Position numbers and translations under genes: made by a program. A DNA stretch of 63,965 nucleotides, filler included, from Reticulomyxa filosa (taxonomy: Eukaryota; Protista; Foraminifera), in the NCBI GenBank assembly GCA_000512085.1. It is 17 parts of 17 records of this genome, joined end to end, with 100 filler letters (N's around TTAATTAATTAA, not from the genome) between each part and the next. Parts side by side here need not be neighbours in the genome. Positions count along the whole stretch, not along the records: positions 11,787 to 15,566 come from ASPP01023630.1; positions 15,667 to 19,580 come from ASPP01010762.1; positions 19,681 to 21,523 come from ASPP01011451.1; positions 21,624 to 23,294 come from ASPP01027952.1; positions 23,395 to 24,764 come from ASPP01029221.1; positions 24,865 to 26,005 come from ASPP01007184.1; 11 more parts are not named here. One strand, written 5' to 3'. The notes beneath the pieces are model-generated. The model saw nothing but the letters and a program-made list of their open reading frames with translations, was not told the DNA's origin and made no database searches. Positions 11,787 to 24,989 of the stretch are shown here, piece after piece (position 1 is the stretch's first letter; the number at the start of each line of letters is the position of its first letter).

Positions 11787-13266
11787 CCGTGCGGACACTA
11801 AAAAATATAACGTTAAAATTATAACAGAAAAACAACAATCAATATCGATGGGATATGATTCGACACCTGGCGGCTCAGAGGTCAAATCAAAATGGTTCTT
11901 AATTTCATTTTTAAAGTTACATTTTCGGTTGTTTTTTTTTCTTACTCTGTGTATAGTCTTCTTTTTTTTTCCTCGTTGACTTTCAAATGTGTCTACTCCT
12001 TTTTTTATTCACTTTTTTTTGGAGATCTTACGGTGCTTCCATGGGTTTATTGTATCTCGTGTTACTTTTAGTTTTCCATTTATCTTATATTTGCTATTTT
12101 CCTTGTTTTTTTGTTTCTTCCACTCTTCTTCAATTCAACCATACACGTTTTTTTGGCTATAAAAATAGCTCAAATTACTTTATCTGTTTTAACAGATCAA
12201 TCCAATAAGTTCCATTTGATGTGGAAAAATTGTCTTAAAGAGGCAAAGGCATCTTTATAATCACTTATCCAGGACACACTTGAAAAAATGTTGACAATTG
12301 GGAAATATGTATCACTTTAAAACAAATTTATATTTCAATTTTACAAAAAATTTTGAAAAATGTCAATTTACAAAACATTATGCACTTAAAATCACGTTGA
12401 CAAAGCAGCTTCAATATGATAACAAAAAAAGTCAATTATAAATTCCATCCTTGGAATATTGAAAATATTTCTAAAGTAGCATTATATGTTCACTATTCAG
12501 CTTTTTGGAATGTGATTTATCTTGTAGATAGCCACATTCATTATTCTCATGTGTAGCTATGTAAAACTGAAAGTTAAGAGGATATCTTGCCAATCCTGTT
12601 AGAAAAGAAATCAATGTGATATTATTTTCAATCCTTTTGAATAACATATTTGAAGCAGTGATTGTGTTTTACTGTTACTGTGTCGATATTTGAAAGCTAT
12701 CTTTTGTTAGTTAGCTGTCGACATTTTGACAAATGATATCTTTTGCTCTTCCTTTTGATTACTCACTCTTTCAACAATCAATGATTATAAATGCAATTAA
12801 TTTTTTTTGAAAGAGGTGATATTCAGCCGAACTTTCCCAACTAAAAACTATATTTTTAAAGTAATAATTGTCGTTAAAAATACCGAAAAGTAAATTTTTT
12901 CCAGTGGCAAATTAAAATAATTTAATTCTACATATGTTGCAGTTTTCAGTATCTATTTTTATTTTATACTTCAGAGCATTACAAAACTGTATAGAATTGT
13001 TTGTTGGAAAAGTGTTTATTGCACCAAATTGGAAACACAAAGACTTTGTTTCTCAATTTGACGCACTAAAAACTACTAAAATTGTTTTTTAATGTGCTTT
13101 TTTTTTTTTGGTATAGAGATCAACTCAACACAAACCTTGACAACCAAAAAAAAAAAAGAACAATACATACATAATCACAACATGGACTAATCACATCTAC
13201 GCAAAAATTACAAAGAGAATCTAAGTTAGAAAAAAAAGCACTAATTAAAAAAGCAAACGGAAACAG

Positions 13267-14968
13267 TTATCCAACAGTGGTAGAATTAGATTTGAATAAA
13301 TCGTTCAAATACACATAAGCATCTGTACCGTGACCATGGATGCTAAATATCTTGCAATCTCCTCCATAATATCGAGCATACAACTTGGCAATCGACAGTC
13401 CATATCCAAGTCCAAACATAGGTATGTTTTTCAAAGCGACCAACATGGACTGTTGCGATGCAATTTGAGCCTCTTTTTGTAACAATTCAAAGAGTTCTTT
13501 ACGTGTACGTCCATAAGGATCGACCGCAGTGGTATAGCTATACAGCCATATATTGTCGATATCGGTACGTGGGATTCCACCTCCTTTATCTTCAATCTTT
13601 ATCGTTATTGTGTCTGTGGAGTCTACCATTACTTGCAATTCAAAAAAAAAAGCGGACATTATTGTTTCGTTTGTAAAAAAAAAAAAAAAAAAAATAAAAT
13701 AAAAATATAAAATAAAAAGAGATTGACACCAAACTAATATCAATCGGTTTTAATTTGTTGGAGTGAGTTTCACAAACAGCACGCATAGCATTTTTCAACA
13801 ACTCAAAGAAGATGTGGTGCAAGTGCTCAGGGATGTATACAAAACGTTTACATTTGCGTCGGTCATGAATCACCACCTTTGGGACCTCGCCAAAGCACTT
13901 TTGGCATTGGCTGCTAGCGTCGTCTATCGCTTCTTTTACTTCACATAACATATCTGCCTCTTCATAGACTCCGTTCTTTGACGAATGCAGACGTACGTGT
14001 TGGCCTTTTTTTTTTTTTTTTTTTTTTTAATTGTTTGCCTGTTGATTTGTGTGACTCTATACTTTACCTCCACCCTCCCCAATGTGACAAAAAAAAGCAA
14101 ATAAATAACCAAGTAAAACTCGAAGAGAGAGTCGCAGTCGACATATATTATCAACAAAATTATTCAGGTACGGCGTTTCTTGAATTGTGAATCTCGGATT
14201 TTTTCGGCCATTTCTTGGAGTCCCATGCATAACAGAGGGACTACCTTTTTTTGTTATGAACATTGCAGTACTTTTAAAAATAGGTTAGTATAGATGCATA
14301 CAAGATCTAAATTTTTGTTTTCTCCTTCCCCCCCCCCCCCCTCCCCCCCCTTATCAATCTTCCTTACACTTTTTTTTTTTAATGCGAATTATATGTACGT
14401 CTGGTTTTTATTGTTTGTCGCTGCATCAAAAAAAAATAATAATAATAACCAAGAGATGCTTTTTCAATCTCTCCAAGATAATGTCAGTAAATTCTGCCTC
14501 TTGCTCGAAAGTGATTATCTCAGGAAAATTGGCAAATATTTCATACGACTCCAAGTATAAGTCGTATACTTTTTGTATTGACGGTGTCTGATTCGCTCCG
14601 TAAGGTAGATTCCTCAGAGACAATATGATGTGTGCTAGTCGGACTGGCATTTGCTGCCATATAAATTGAGCCGATTTTATTGATAACTTGTACTGCTCTT
14701 CTGACGATTTTGTGTGATACAACATCACACCAAAGTCGTGCATATCTTTAAATGTCAACTCCCTCGGCTTTTGTAATGCGTCATTTTCAACCCGTGCCAA
14801 TAGTATTGGTGTTGCTCGAAGAGACTTACAACTTGACAAGTGCCGCGTTTGTAGCCGAAACGGGAATACATGTGTTCGGATTGACCACGTTCTTTTCCTG
14901 ATTTTGGAAAGATTCCAACAGCTGCCTCCTGGCGCATGATCACAATACAATTTCAGATACTTCAACAT
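13267..14968 (-). CDS. Mitochondrial pyruvate dehydrogenase kinase / BCKD kinase family protein, multi-exon
   Basis: QMPVRLAHIILSLRNLPYG, YIPEHLHHIFFELLKNAMRA (N box), IKIEDKGGGIP (G1), WLYSYTTA, PMFGLGYGLSIAKLYARYYGGD (G2), GHGTDAYVYL; basic N-terminus compatible with a transit peptide. Confidence 0.93.
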
Positions 14969-15666
14969 TTTTTTTTACATCTGTGGGTGATTTTGTTTCA
15001 AACACTTGTTACACTCATTGTACGCCCAGTTGGCACAAATTAGCAATACATTGCACCATTCTTCTCAAAACATGGATGAGTGACAGAGGAAATTTTTCAC
15101 TTGCCCCGTTGTTATAGTGTTATAAAATAAATCCAATATAGTTTTACCAGAAGAAGCAAAACCTTAAAGATTAAACATAAAATAGACAAGCGCAAACTGC
15201 AATGTACTCGTTTGCAATAAATATAGCTTATTTTATTAAATGCATGTGTAATAGTTTCGATTTTTATGAATTTTTTTGCTTAGTACAAATATGGTAAACT
15301 TTTGTGTGCAAAAGGGTAAACTTAAAAAACAACATAAAACTTTTCAAGTTAAAAAAGAAATATGTCGATACAATATAATAATTGTTTAAAAATAAAAGAA
15401 ACATGTTGATTGATGTTTTATTTCGCCTTGATGTTTGTTTTGCCTTAGACTTGTTGGAAAGTCTTAGCTGTTTTCGACCTGACCACTGAATTGCATCAAT
15501 TTGTATATATTTTTTCACAATATGATTAACGTATTGTGCTGTGTGTTTTCTTTTATTTCTTTTTTTNNNNNNNNNNNNNNNNNNNNNNNNNNNNNNNNNN
15601 NNNNNNNNNNTTAATTAATTAANNNNNNNNNNNNNNNNNNNNNNNNNNNNNNNNNNNNNNNNNNNN

Positions 15667-16200
15667 TCACTTGATGAAGACAAATGACATTTTGACAATA
15701 ATTATGATAATGATATGATGAAAATTTTACAAAAAACACACGATCTGAATGTCCATTGAATGATTGAATTTGTTTGTTGTTATCAACATACCATACACAA
15801 ACTGTTTGATCAGTTGATCCAGAACAAATGAATTGACAATTATTAAATGCTGAATAGTCAATACTACATACAGAACCTGTATGTCCGGTGAATGTATTGA
15901 GTAATTTGGATGACGAACGAAACGAATCAAATATGAATGCAGTAGATGCCTATATTAAATAAAAGTTAAATATTTTGATGAGCACTAAATGAAAGAAATA
16001 CTAACATAATTGACAACGAGTTTATCAAAATCTTTGATCCATCCTAATTTAATTTTTAGTGTTCGAATCCAATGCTGAATAATTACTTGGATCTCTTCTT
16101 CTTTTAACTGTTTCAAGCATAAAGCAAAAAAAAGATAACAAAAAATAAAGAAGAAAAACCTAAAGACAACTTGAACGCAACTTGCATTGATAAGCTTAAG
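15667..16200 (-). pseudogene. 5' part of a WD40 gene of the same family, truncated by the contig end and frameshifted
   Basis: 102-bp exon 16006-16107 (LKEEEIQVIIQHWIRTLKIKLGWIKDFDKLVVNY), then SFRSSSKLLNTFTGHTGSVCSIDYS..FICSGSTDQTVCVW; frame disturbed in a T-run near 15730. Confidence 0.8.
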
Positions 16201-16270
16201 TTTATTCTTTTCTTTTTTTCTTGAGATGATCTTGGATGATGCTATAGAAAAAATGCTCCTTTTTTTTTAG

Positions 16271-16436
16271 ATCATGCATTCCTTGAAGGAACTGATGTTA
16301 GTAATGCAAATTTAGATTATGTGCATCTTTATCAAGCTTGTTTAACCAAGGTTAATTTCACAAACACATTAATGAATGATATTTACTTTGGAGAATGTGC
16401 ATATTTCGAAGGACATTCAAAAGGAGTAAATGGAAA
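16271..16436 (+). pseudogene. Pentapeptide-repeat / WD40 junction fragment
   Basis: Manual translation DHAFLEGTDVSNANLDYVHLYQACLTKVNFTNTLMNDIYFGECAYFEGHSKGVNG: A(D/N)L-type pentapeptides followed by a WD40 GH start. Confidence 0.65.
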
Positions 16437-17891
16437 TAAACAATAGTTGAAGAAGTATTTAAAAATACAACTAAATTAAAAGATAGCAATATCAAAGAAA
16501 GTATGAAACATTTGTATTCCAGCGGTGATAATAAATATTCTTTTCTTCCTCGTGAAGAAAAGCCATCACTGGCTATATCGTCTAATTCAAACAGATGGAC
16601 AAAATTGTTATGCGATTGTAAAGTCATATTTAAAAGTAAAGTTGACACATAAAACGGCACCTTATAGAAACGATTGATTTTCTACACGAAAAAACAACAT
16701 TCAGACATAATTTTTAAAAAAAATACCACAAATCTTGTAGTTTTTAAATATCATTTTGGTTTTTATTAAACTTTACTAATTATTTCAATATTTTATCATT
16801 TATTTTTCTTCTTTTTTCTTTTAGCTCAATGTAGTTCGATATTTGAGTTTTTTAATTATTTCTTTTTTTTGAAAATTGCCAAATGATTGAGAATTTTCAC
16901 AAAAGACTTGCTGTTGAGCTGTTGCGTCAGTGCTGGAGTTTGAGCAAAGTTTCAAAAAAATTTAGTGTAAGTCATTAATGTGTGCGTAAATGGAAGCTGA
17001 CTTTCAATCATAAAAACATCAAAGGTTAGTTGTTGAAGCATAATTGTAGTCTTACTTTGGAGTGTTATGACTAGTTATCATGTAACATTAATTGATGTGT
17101 AAATGCATATATTTACAAAGAAGTTCTAGGTGATGAAATGCTCAAAAAGCATTAATTGGGGTTTAAGAAACATGAACAAATTTAACAAAATCAATGCCAG
17201 ATAGAATACAATCAGTATACAAAGCAAAATGTGGTTTAGCCAAATGGTAATTTTCACTAAAAACAATCTTACCACAAAAAAATTTTTAGTTCTTATGCAA
17301 TTTCAATTTGAAGATGTAGCGTTTAATCAAAGACATAAGTAGATAGTTCATATTTAACATGAACATCAGTGACCAAGTTCCCAATGTTTTTTAAAAAGAA
17401 CTTTTTGTTTTGTGATTTGATTTACATGTGTTGTATATGATAGAAGTTTCACAATAGATAAGCTGTCATACACCACATATTTTACACACAAGTATATATT
17501 TTATATTATATATTATGCAGGTCAGATATTTTTTTATAAAAAATTAAGTGAAGAAGCTGGAAGAAAGAAGAACATTTAGCGGTCATAGCGTTAAGAAAAG
17601 TTTGTGTTGTGATTTTAATGATATTTCTAGTAATGAAAATGTTTTTTTTTAACGTAAATTGATTTAAGTTTATATGTAATTGTCTACTTCGAAATTGCAA
17701 ACTCAAACTTGGCGCATGATAAAAAAATTCGTAACATTTTTTTAAATGTGAAATTTGTGTTAAAAACAATGAAAATACACAAACGATTTTTTCATTGGCA
17801 GTTAGTGTACAACTACAACATAATACTGGACGTAACAGTTTTTGTTCAAAAAGGGAGACACCAGTCTGCGTTTTTATTTTTGTAACAAAAA

Positions 17892-18371
17892 ATGAAAGCG
17901 GTATTTACATACAAATCTTGTCGTGAAAGATGTCCGAATTTACTCAAAGGTTTTTGACATGGTAGTTCCAATTCGGGACTTGAAACGACTGGCTCGACAA
18001 AGGTACCAGACACAAAGAAGCAACAAAAGGTTGTCACATGAGACTAACCGGATTTGCTCATTTGAGTGACAAAGAGTGCCCAAGTTGGAAATTTTTGATA
18101 TGATAATATTACAAACTCCATGAACAATAAAGAAAGTGATCTTCCTAAAAATGTATACCGTCCTGGATTTGGACACATCGCATTTCGTGTAAACAATGTT
18201 AAAAATAGAGGCGCTGTATTGAATGAAGAGAGCAATATTATGTCGCTTTCTGTAAATGATAAAGCGACTATTAAATTTGCATACTTTCGTAATATTGAAG
18301 GATGCATTATAGAGCTTCAAAAATACAACTCTCAATTGATCACTATAAAAAAACACATTTGCAATTTTTAA
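17892..18371 (+). pseudogene. VOC (glyoxalase/bleomycin-resistance) family gene, frameshifted, intronless
   Basis: Across frames: YLHTNLVVKDV, PIRDL, DWLDKGT, GCHMRL, EIF, then ORF 18120-18371 with RPGFGHIAFRVNNV and IKFAYFRNIEGCIIELQKY, matching both VOC half-domains. Confidence 0.78.
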
Positions 18372-18807
18372 AAGCTTTTTGATTACTTGTTACTGCCACC
18401 GAACATTTAGTCGTTAAAAGAAACGCAGCAAAGTGTCACCAATAGAATTGATGAGATTTTCACAAACCAACATGTCCTTCATTCAAATGTGCAAATGTGG
18501 AAAATGCAGCTAATTGTTTTGAAGTAGACATTTCTTTTGCAAAGCATCAAATATAACGTTGTATTTTTCTACTTGAATAATTTCAAAAAAAAAACAAAAC
18601 AACGTCGCTGTTTTGGCTTGTGCGCTTTGCCGCCAATTTTTTTTGCGATGGGTGAAATGTCAATGTGCAAAATATTACAAAAGTATCTAACAAAACTAGT
18701 TAATAGAACAGCAAAAGTGATCAACAAGAAAAAAAAAAGCAGTTACTTTTTGAAAACGTGTACCTAACCAAAAAATCAAACTCAAGCAACAACACAAAAA
18801 AATGTCC

Positions 18808-19527
18808 TCAAAGAGCTGTTTCTTGGTCTTTCTCCTGAACAGATTGTTCGTTTGGATTTTGTTCAGCAGTTTTGAATATACTCAATGCATCAAGAGGATC
18901 CACGGGTTTGGTCATCTCAATTCCTTCAACTTCACTACCAGGAGATTCTACATTGTCTCCTTGTGAAGGTTGGAAGGGAGTGATGTGTCCCTCTTGTTGC
19001 ACCGATTCGTCTACCACTTTATGGGTATACAGATCATCCTCGCTTTCTTCCTTTTCCTCAGCATTGTTTGTGGTCGTAGTGGCAAAAGCGCCCTGATTTT
19101 GCAAAAAAAAAAAAAAGCATTACATTAGTGAATGTGTATCAGTTAATGTTCATTTTCAACAACAATAATAATAAATAAATAAAAGAATTAATCGAATAAC
19201 TGGAGTATCTATAAACACAGGATGATCAGTGCGTAATCCCAAACGAACAGGATTCACATTGACAGGAGTGTCCAAAATCTCCTCAGTGCGCGCAAACTCT
19301 CCCGTGTCAAGTTTGTTGGGAGCAGTGGCTCTTTCCTGTTCGTGTTGCATTGCAGATATCATTCTTCGCGCGTTTGCCTTTGCCTTGGCGTGTCCGCAGT
19401 ACCAGGCCAGTGCAACTATTCCAATGACCCCGACTACGCCAACAATAGCAGAAGTCACGTATATTGGACGAATTTCACTGCCACTTTTTGCATCTTGATG
19501 TAATGGGTTGTTTGCTAATACATACAC
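18808..19527 (-). CDS. C-terminal exons of a single-pass membrane protein (5'-truncated)
   Basis: Hydrophobic segment IYVTSAIVGVVGVIGIVALAWYC followed by basic residues and an acidic tail; intron at about 19102-19200. Confidence 0.6.
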
Positions 19528-19839
19528 ATATGTATGTATATATATATATATTTTTTTTTTTTTTATTATTAGTTAGTTTANNNNNNNNNNNNNNNNNNNN
19601 NNNNNNNNNNNNNNNNNNNNNNNNTTAATTAATTAANNNNNNNNNNNNNNNNNNNNNNNNNNNNNNNNNNNNNNNNNNNNGATGATGATGATGGGGTACT
19701 GGTGCTGTCATTGTCAACCTGTCATTAATGATTCCAACTCAATTGTCTCTCCATCCAATTGCAAAGACGCATAATATATATGCATATATATGTATATGTT
19801 ATGTATGAATATGTGGAAGTGAGAATAAAATTAGACTCA

Positions 19840-21430
19840 ACAGTTTTCTTGTGTATTGATGCACTCTTTCCTGTGCCAAGGAATGAAGATACTCGTTCAC
19901 TGGCCGCCTCGACTTTGCCGGGCCGCAAAAGTGCACGGGAATAGTGATCCGACACAGAGTGACGAGAAGGTGGCAACGGCGAGCCTTTGGCGATGGGCTT
20001 TCGACTGTGGCCATTGCATTTGTCCCGACTGACAAGCGTGCGAGATGGAAGAGCGTGTGCGTTTGGACAGTCATTGTTCGTGTCGACATTGGCATTGACT
20101 CCAAGGTCAATGCCAGTGTCACTGCCACCATGTGTGGGTTTGGGCAAAGAGATGCGCAAAACGCCTTTCGGTCTCATGGTCGCGACTTGTGTTGGTCGTG
20201 TCGTGTCGTGTCCATTCGAAGCACCACGCGGTTTGGGACATGGATTTGCGATGGGGGTATCACTGTTGTGGTCACTTTGGCCTGGCAGAGACCGCGTCGT
20301 GATAGTACTGCGTGGAGTGTTGCCAGCAATTTTCAAGGGAAATGAAGGAGCATAAACTATTACATTATATGTATATATTTTTTTTTATTTTTTTTTTTAG
20401 GACAAAAGGGGGGGGGGGGGGTGAAAGAACGACATTTGTGAAGAAAACAAAGTCAAACATCTTCGTGATCCTGTGGTCTTGACTTTCTCCAAAGCAATGG
20501 CATTCAAGACATTGGCCAAAGCAAAGAGCTCCGATTCCAAGTGGAACACGTACGTAGACAAGGCGTTCGACTGCCACTTGGATGTCCGGACGCATCGGTC
20601 TCGAATACACTTGACAAGTGCTTGCAAGAGCTTGCAGTTCGCATGGGCTTGATTGACGTGGTCGCCTATGGTGTTGTTCAGGTCTTGCTCGGCGCTAACG
20701 GCGTGGCGCAGCTTTTGATTGGCCAAGTCCAAAGCTAGTTTCTGAGTTTGCACTGACTCCAACTCCTTCCGCAAATGGTCAATCTGTTGATACAATTTGC
20801 GTTGCTTCGATTGCCAAATCGATATCATGTTCGAGAAGGCATCGTTAGTCCCACTTTGCATTGACTTTGCGTCGTCCATTTCTTTGTCCGCGCTTGTCTT
20901 TGCTTCCAATTGTTTTTGTAGCATCCGATTTTTCTTTTCCATCGTCGTCAATCGTTCTTTCATTCCTTTCACTGCCATTCAAACAAACAAGCATTTCTGA
21001 ATTTGGTTAATTGGTCAATCAATTTTTTTTTTTTTTTTAAAAAAAACAAACAAACATTGGATAGTCTTCGTCTTCAAAGTCTCTTTCACCTCACGCAATT
21101 GTCTTTGTATCTTCAAATTCTCTTCACGTAACATGATGTTTGTTTGTTCCAATTGCTGTTTCCAAATCAAACCTTTTTATATATACATATATATGTATAT
21201 TTCTTTTTCCAATTCATTTGGATTTCCTTTTCATTTAACACACACACACACACAACTTTAAACGTGCAGCATATACGAACATAACTTGATACTTCTTAGC
21301 ATCGACGAGCCAGCGCATTGCTATTGGATCTCCTTGTATATCTTTTGACAACACTCCTTTCGTTTTCTCTTCTTCTTCTTCTTCTTCTTCTTCATCTTTC
21401 GTCTCGTCATCCATTTCAATCACTGCGTTT
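19840..21430 (-). CDS. Hypothetical coiled-coil protein with low-complexity C-terminus, partial, multi-exon
   Basis: Heptad-like ORF 20397-20978 (KLYQQIDHLRKELESVQTQKLALDLANQKL) plus same-strand exons at 21235-21492 and 19725-20336, separated by homopolymer-rich introns. Confidence 0.6.
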
Positions 21431-21489
21431 TTTTTTTTTTTTTTTTTGTTATTGGCTAATATACTAAAACAAAACTGAGAGGGGGAACA

Positions 21490-21523
<34 letters not shown>

Positions 21524-21623
21524 NNNNNNNNNNNNNNNNNNNNNNNNNNNNNNNNNNNNNNNNNNNNTTAATTAATTAANNNNNNNNNNNNNNNNNNNNN
21601 NNNNNNNNNNNNNNNNNNNNNNN

Positions 21624-21658
<35 letters not shown>

Positions 21659-21795
21659 AAGAAAAAATATTTGGCCATGGACACACAACACAAATGAAAA
21701 ACAAACGAACAAACAAAAAACAAACCGAAAAAAAACGAGACAAACAACTCATCCAAACTCGTTTGTTGCAAGGCAAATAACACTAAAGAAACCAG

Positions 21796-23200
21796 TTATT
21801 CCCATAAAGAGGTAAGCGTTTGATCATTTTCAAAAGTGATTTCATCTTTTTGAGGTTTAATATCAACATTGATTGCATCACCGTCCTTATTTTTGCTTTT
21901 CTTTTGTTTTTTTTTCTTTTTCTTTTTATGATGTTTGTGTTTTTTGTGGGAAATTTCCGAGTCTTTGGATGGTTCATCTTTTTCATCTTCATTGTCGTCG
22001 TCCATCTCCATTTCAAACTGTTGAAAGACCAGAGACAGCGGGGCGTCCATACTTTTCAATGCTTCCGATGTTCGGCCCAAAGGTCCATTTTCGCTTTGTT
22101 TGGCTGGTGGTTTAGCAGCATGACTGTCGGTTACATTGGACGCAATGGATTTGTTTATTGGAGCCTGCGATTGCGATTGTGATTGCGATTGTGATTGCGA
22201 TTGCGATTGTGATTGTGTTTGTGTTTGTGTTCGTGTTCGTGTTTGCTTTTGTGTTTGTGTTTGTGTTTGTGTTTGCATTTGCGTGGGTTTTTTTTCCTCA
22301 ATGTCGATCTTTGCAAATGCACTGTCATGTCCATTTTCAGTTGCATTTTTATTGGAAGGAGGTAACGGAGACGAGTTCGCTGGTCTGCTTCTCTCTTTAA
22401 GCCGAAGTGCGGTCATTGCATTTTTTTCGCACTGTTGTTTGCTGTCGAGTCTTTGTTTGTTTGGACGTCTATTGGATTCACGGGGTATCACGACTGCCCA
22501 AACGCCATGCTTGGGCTCCTTTTTTTTTTTGATAGGTAAGGTTACGTCAAACAAACAAACAAACAAACAAACAAAAAATGTAATAAAATTGTTATGCAAT
22601 CTCAAAATAATTGCAAACCAGATCAGTTTTTATGGAGAGCGGTTTGGCCGATTCTTTCACTTTTTTTGCTGATTTAAGTTTCATTTCCTATTTTTTTTTT
22701 TTTTAAACCTCCCCCCCCCCTTCTAAGTATTCAAAGTTCAATGGGATATTAATTTTTATGTATATACGCTTTTTCAAAAAAAAAAAAAAGATAAGATATG
22801 CCCAAAAAAAAATTATACCTCGGCGGACTTGATCAATTCTTGTGTTTCTTGTTCCAATCGTTCTAACATTTGAATGGTTTCGGTTTCCATTTTTTCATAG
22901 TCTTCCATGACAGGCTCATTGTCGTCGGTGATGTCGCCAAAGCTCAAGTTGGGACTCAACTGCAACTCGCCCAAAGGGGGCAGGATGTTGTCCATTGTCC
23001 CGCTGTGCTCTTCACTCACGCTGAGCGTGTTGGAAGATTGATGCGAAAGCGATCTCTTTTTGGGGAACGCGGAAAACACTGCATTCGATTTTCGCCGACT
23101 TATCAATTCCCTTTGTATTTCGCCGTACTTTTTGATTTTCTCACGCAGCTTGCGATTTTGGTGTCTTTCGCCGGTCAGTTGTTTCAGTAAGCTCTAGCCA
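21796..23200 (-). CDS. Hypothetical low-complexity protein, internal fragment
   Basis: ORFs 22813-23106 and 21796-22605 on the same strand; QT/QS dipeptide runs, acidic stretch and poly-Lys. Confidence 0.55.
22167..22282. repeat. Compound hexamer microsatellite (GATTGC/GATTGT then GTTTGT) inside coding sequence
   Basis: Directly visible; encodes (QT)n(QS)n on the minus strand. Confidence 0.9.
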
Positions 23201-23262
23201 TGTGCATTGAAACAGAAAGACATATAACTTGTTGTCATATAGAGCAATCATTAAATACATAT

Positions 23263-23294
<32 letters not shown>

Positions 23295-24989
23295 NNNNNN
23301 NNNNNNNNNNNNNNNNNNNNNNNNNNNNNNNNNNNNNNTTAATTAATTAANNNNNNNNNNNNNNNNNNNNNNNNNNNNNNNNNNNNNNNNNNNNATGCAA
23401 AGTTTTAAAAATACTGAAAACTTTCTAACCTACAAGGAACTTCCTATGGTAGGCAATATAATTAATTGACTTTATACGAAAATTAAACTTATACATATTT
23501 GAATTTGTTACTTCTATTGTTCAGACAAACTATATAAATCATTGTTTTTGCAAAATAAAATTGGATAATTTTTCCTTTGATTCAAAGTGTTATTTCATTA
23601 AAGGACGCATCCATTGATATTGAATTTATTTATTAACAGTAAAAAAATATGTCTTCAGTTCAAAAATATTATTGGTCATTTCCTTATTTGGTAAATATGT
23701 AATATAATTTGAATTATTTTTTATATTTTTAAAAAATTTATTTGTTTTGTTGTGTTGCACTTAATGAAAACATATTATATTATCACAAAAAATGTATTTG
23801 CATCAAATAATTATGCAAAATCTTGGATGATATTTTGTTCCAAAATATTTATTTCACTTATTTTATTTAAATACAAAAATAGTAAGATGCTGGATATAAG
23901 GAGCAATGATCAATCTTTGAACACTATATAAATAAAAAGACAAAAAAAAAAGAGAAATCAAACTCGAATGAATGAAGAGATCGGAGGACAATTGAGACCA
24001 TTTGCAATGCAAAGATTGTAATGATCACACAAAAGAAATGAAGGTTTCATGCAACAACGTATAATGCAATGCAGGTGTGACCCTCCAACCTATATAGACT
24101 ACGAAAGAGGGAGATCCCGTTGGACTCTTTGTTTCATTTTGATGATGCAATCCATTACTTCACTATAGTCTACGCATGCGTAATCTATGAGAGGAGAGAA
24201 ATAACCTCCAGTGGAATACATGAATACACGACAATGACGACAACGAAGATTGAACTGCCACGATCAAACCAGAATACTATCGATACAATACCATCCATAA
24301 CATACTTTGAACCAAGATCCCAATTCCAATAATCTTGAAACAAAAAGTCGCTCCATAATAACTTTGGACGTCATTGATTATTGAGGCACTCCAAAGTTTT
24401 AACACAAAGAAAGAAGAAAGACAGTTGATTTATCTTTGCTTGGACGAAATTGTGGAAAGAATGGCGATATTTTCATCACCAAAAACTTCAAACTTGAAAA
24501 GCTTTCTAAAAAAAGTTTATTTACGCGACACACTTTAAAGAACAGAATATGAATTTAAGATGCTAAAAAATATTGAGATAAATGAAATTTGTATGTGATA
24601 TTATCATGTTAATTTGTGATCCAGTAAAAAATATCTGTCAATGATTGATGTTTTTTTTAATTATATTGAACAAGACAGTTTATCGTTAATAAGATTATTT
24701 ATTTTCATTTATATAATATGCTTTTTGATATGTTCAAGATAATCATATTCAATTGCTTTTGGGANNNNNNNNNNNNNNNNNNNNNNNNNNNNNNNNNNNN
24801 NNNNNNNNTTAATTAATTAANNNNNNNNNNNNNNNNNNNNNNNNNNNNNNNNNNNNNNNNNNNNCATATCATATCACTGAATTATTTTACAAACTAGTAT
24901 TAAAAAAATTCAGAAAAAAAAAAAGCACTCGAAATGGACAATGTGGTTCTACGAAAAAAAAAAGTATAAAAATGGATGGGAACCATACC

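Noticed and set aside
19944-20355. Plus-strand ORFs of 122-133 aa
   Set aside because: Overlap the minus-strand exon of the coiled-coil gene; no motifs or splice support.
22136-22672. Plus-strand ORFs with (CD)n(CV)n or (IV/FV)n
   Set aside because: Shadow frames of the QT/QS microsatellite on the minus strand.
23395-24764. Short ORF 24120-24332 and coding-like patches
   Set aside because: No recognisable motif; many stops; cannot support a call.
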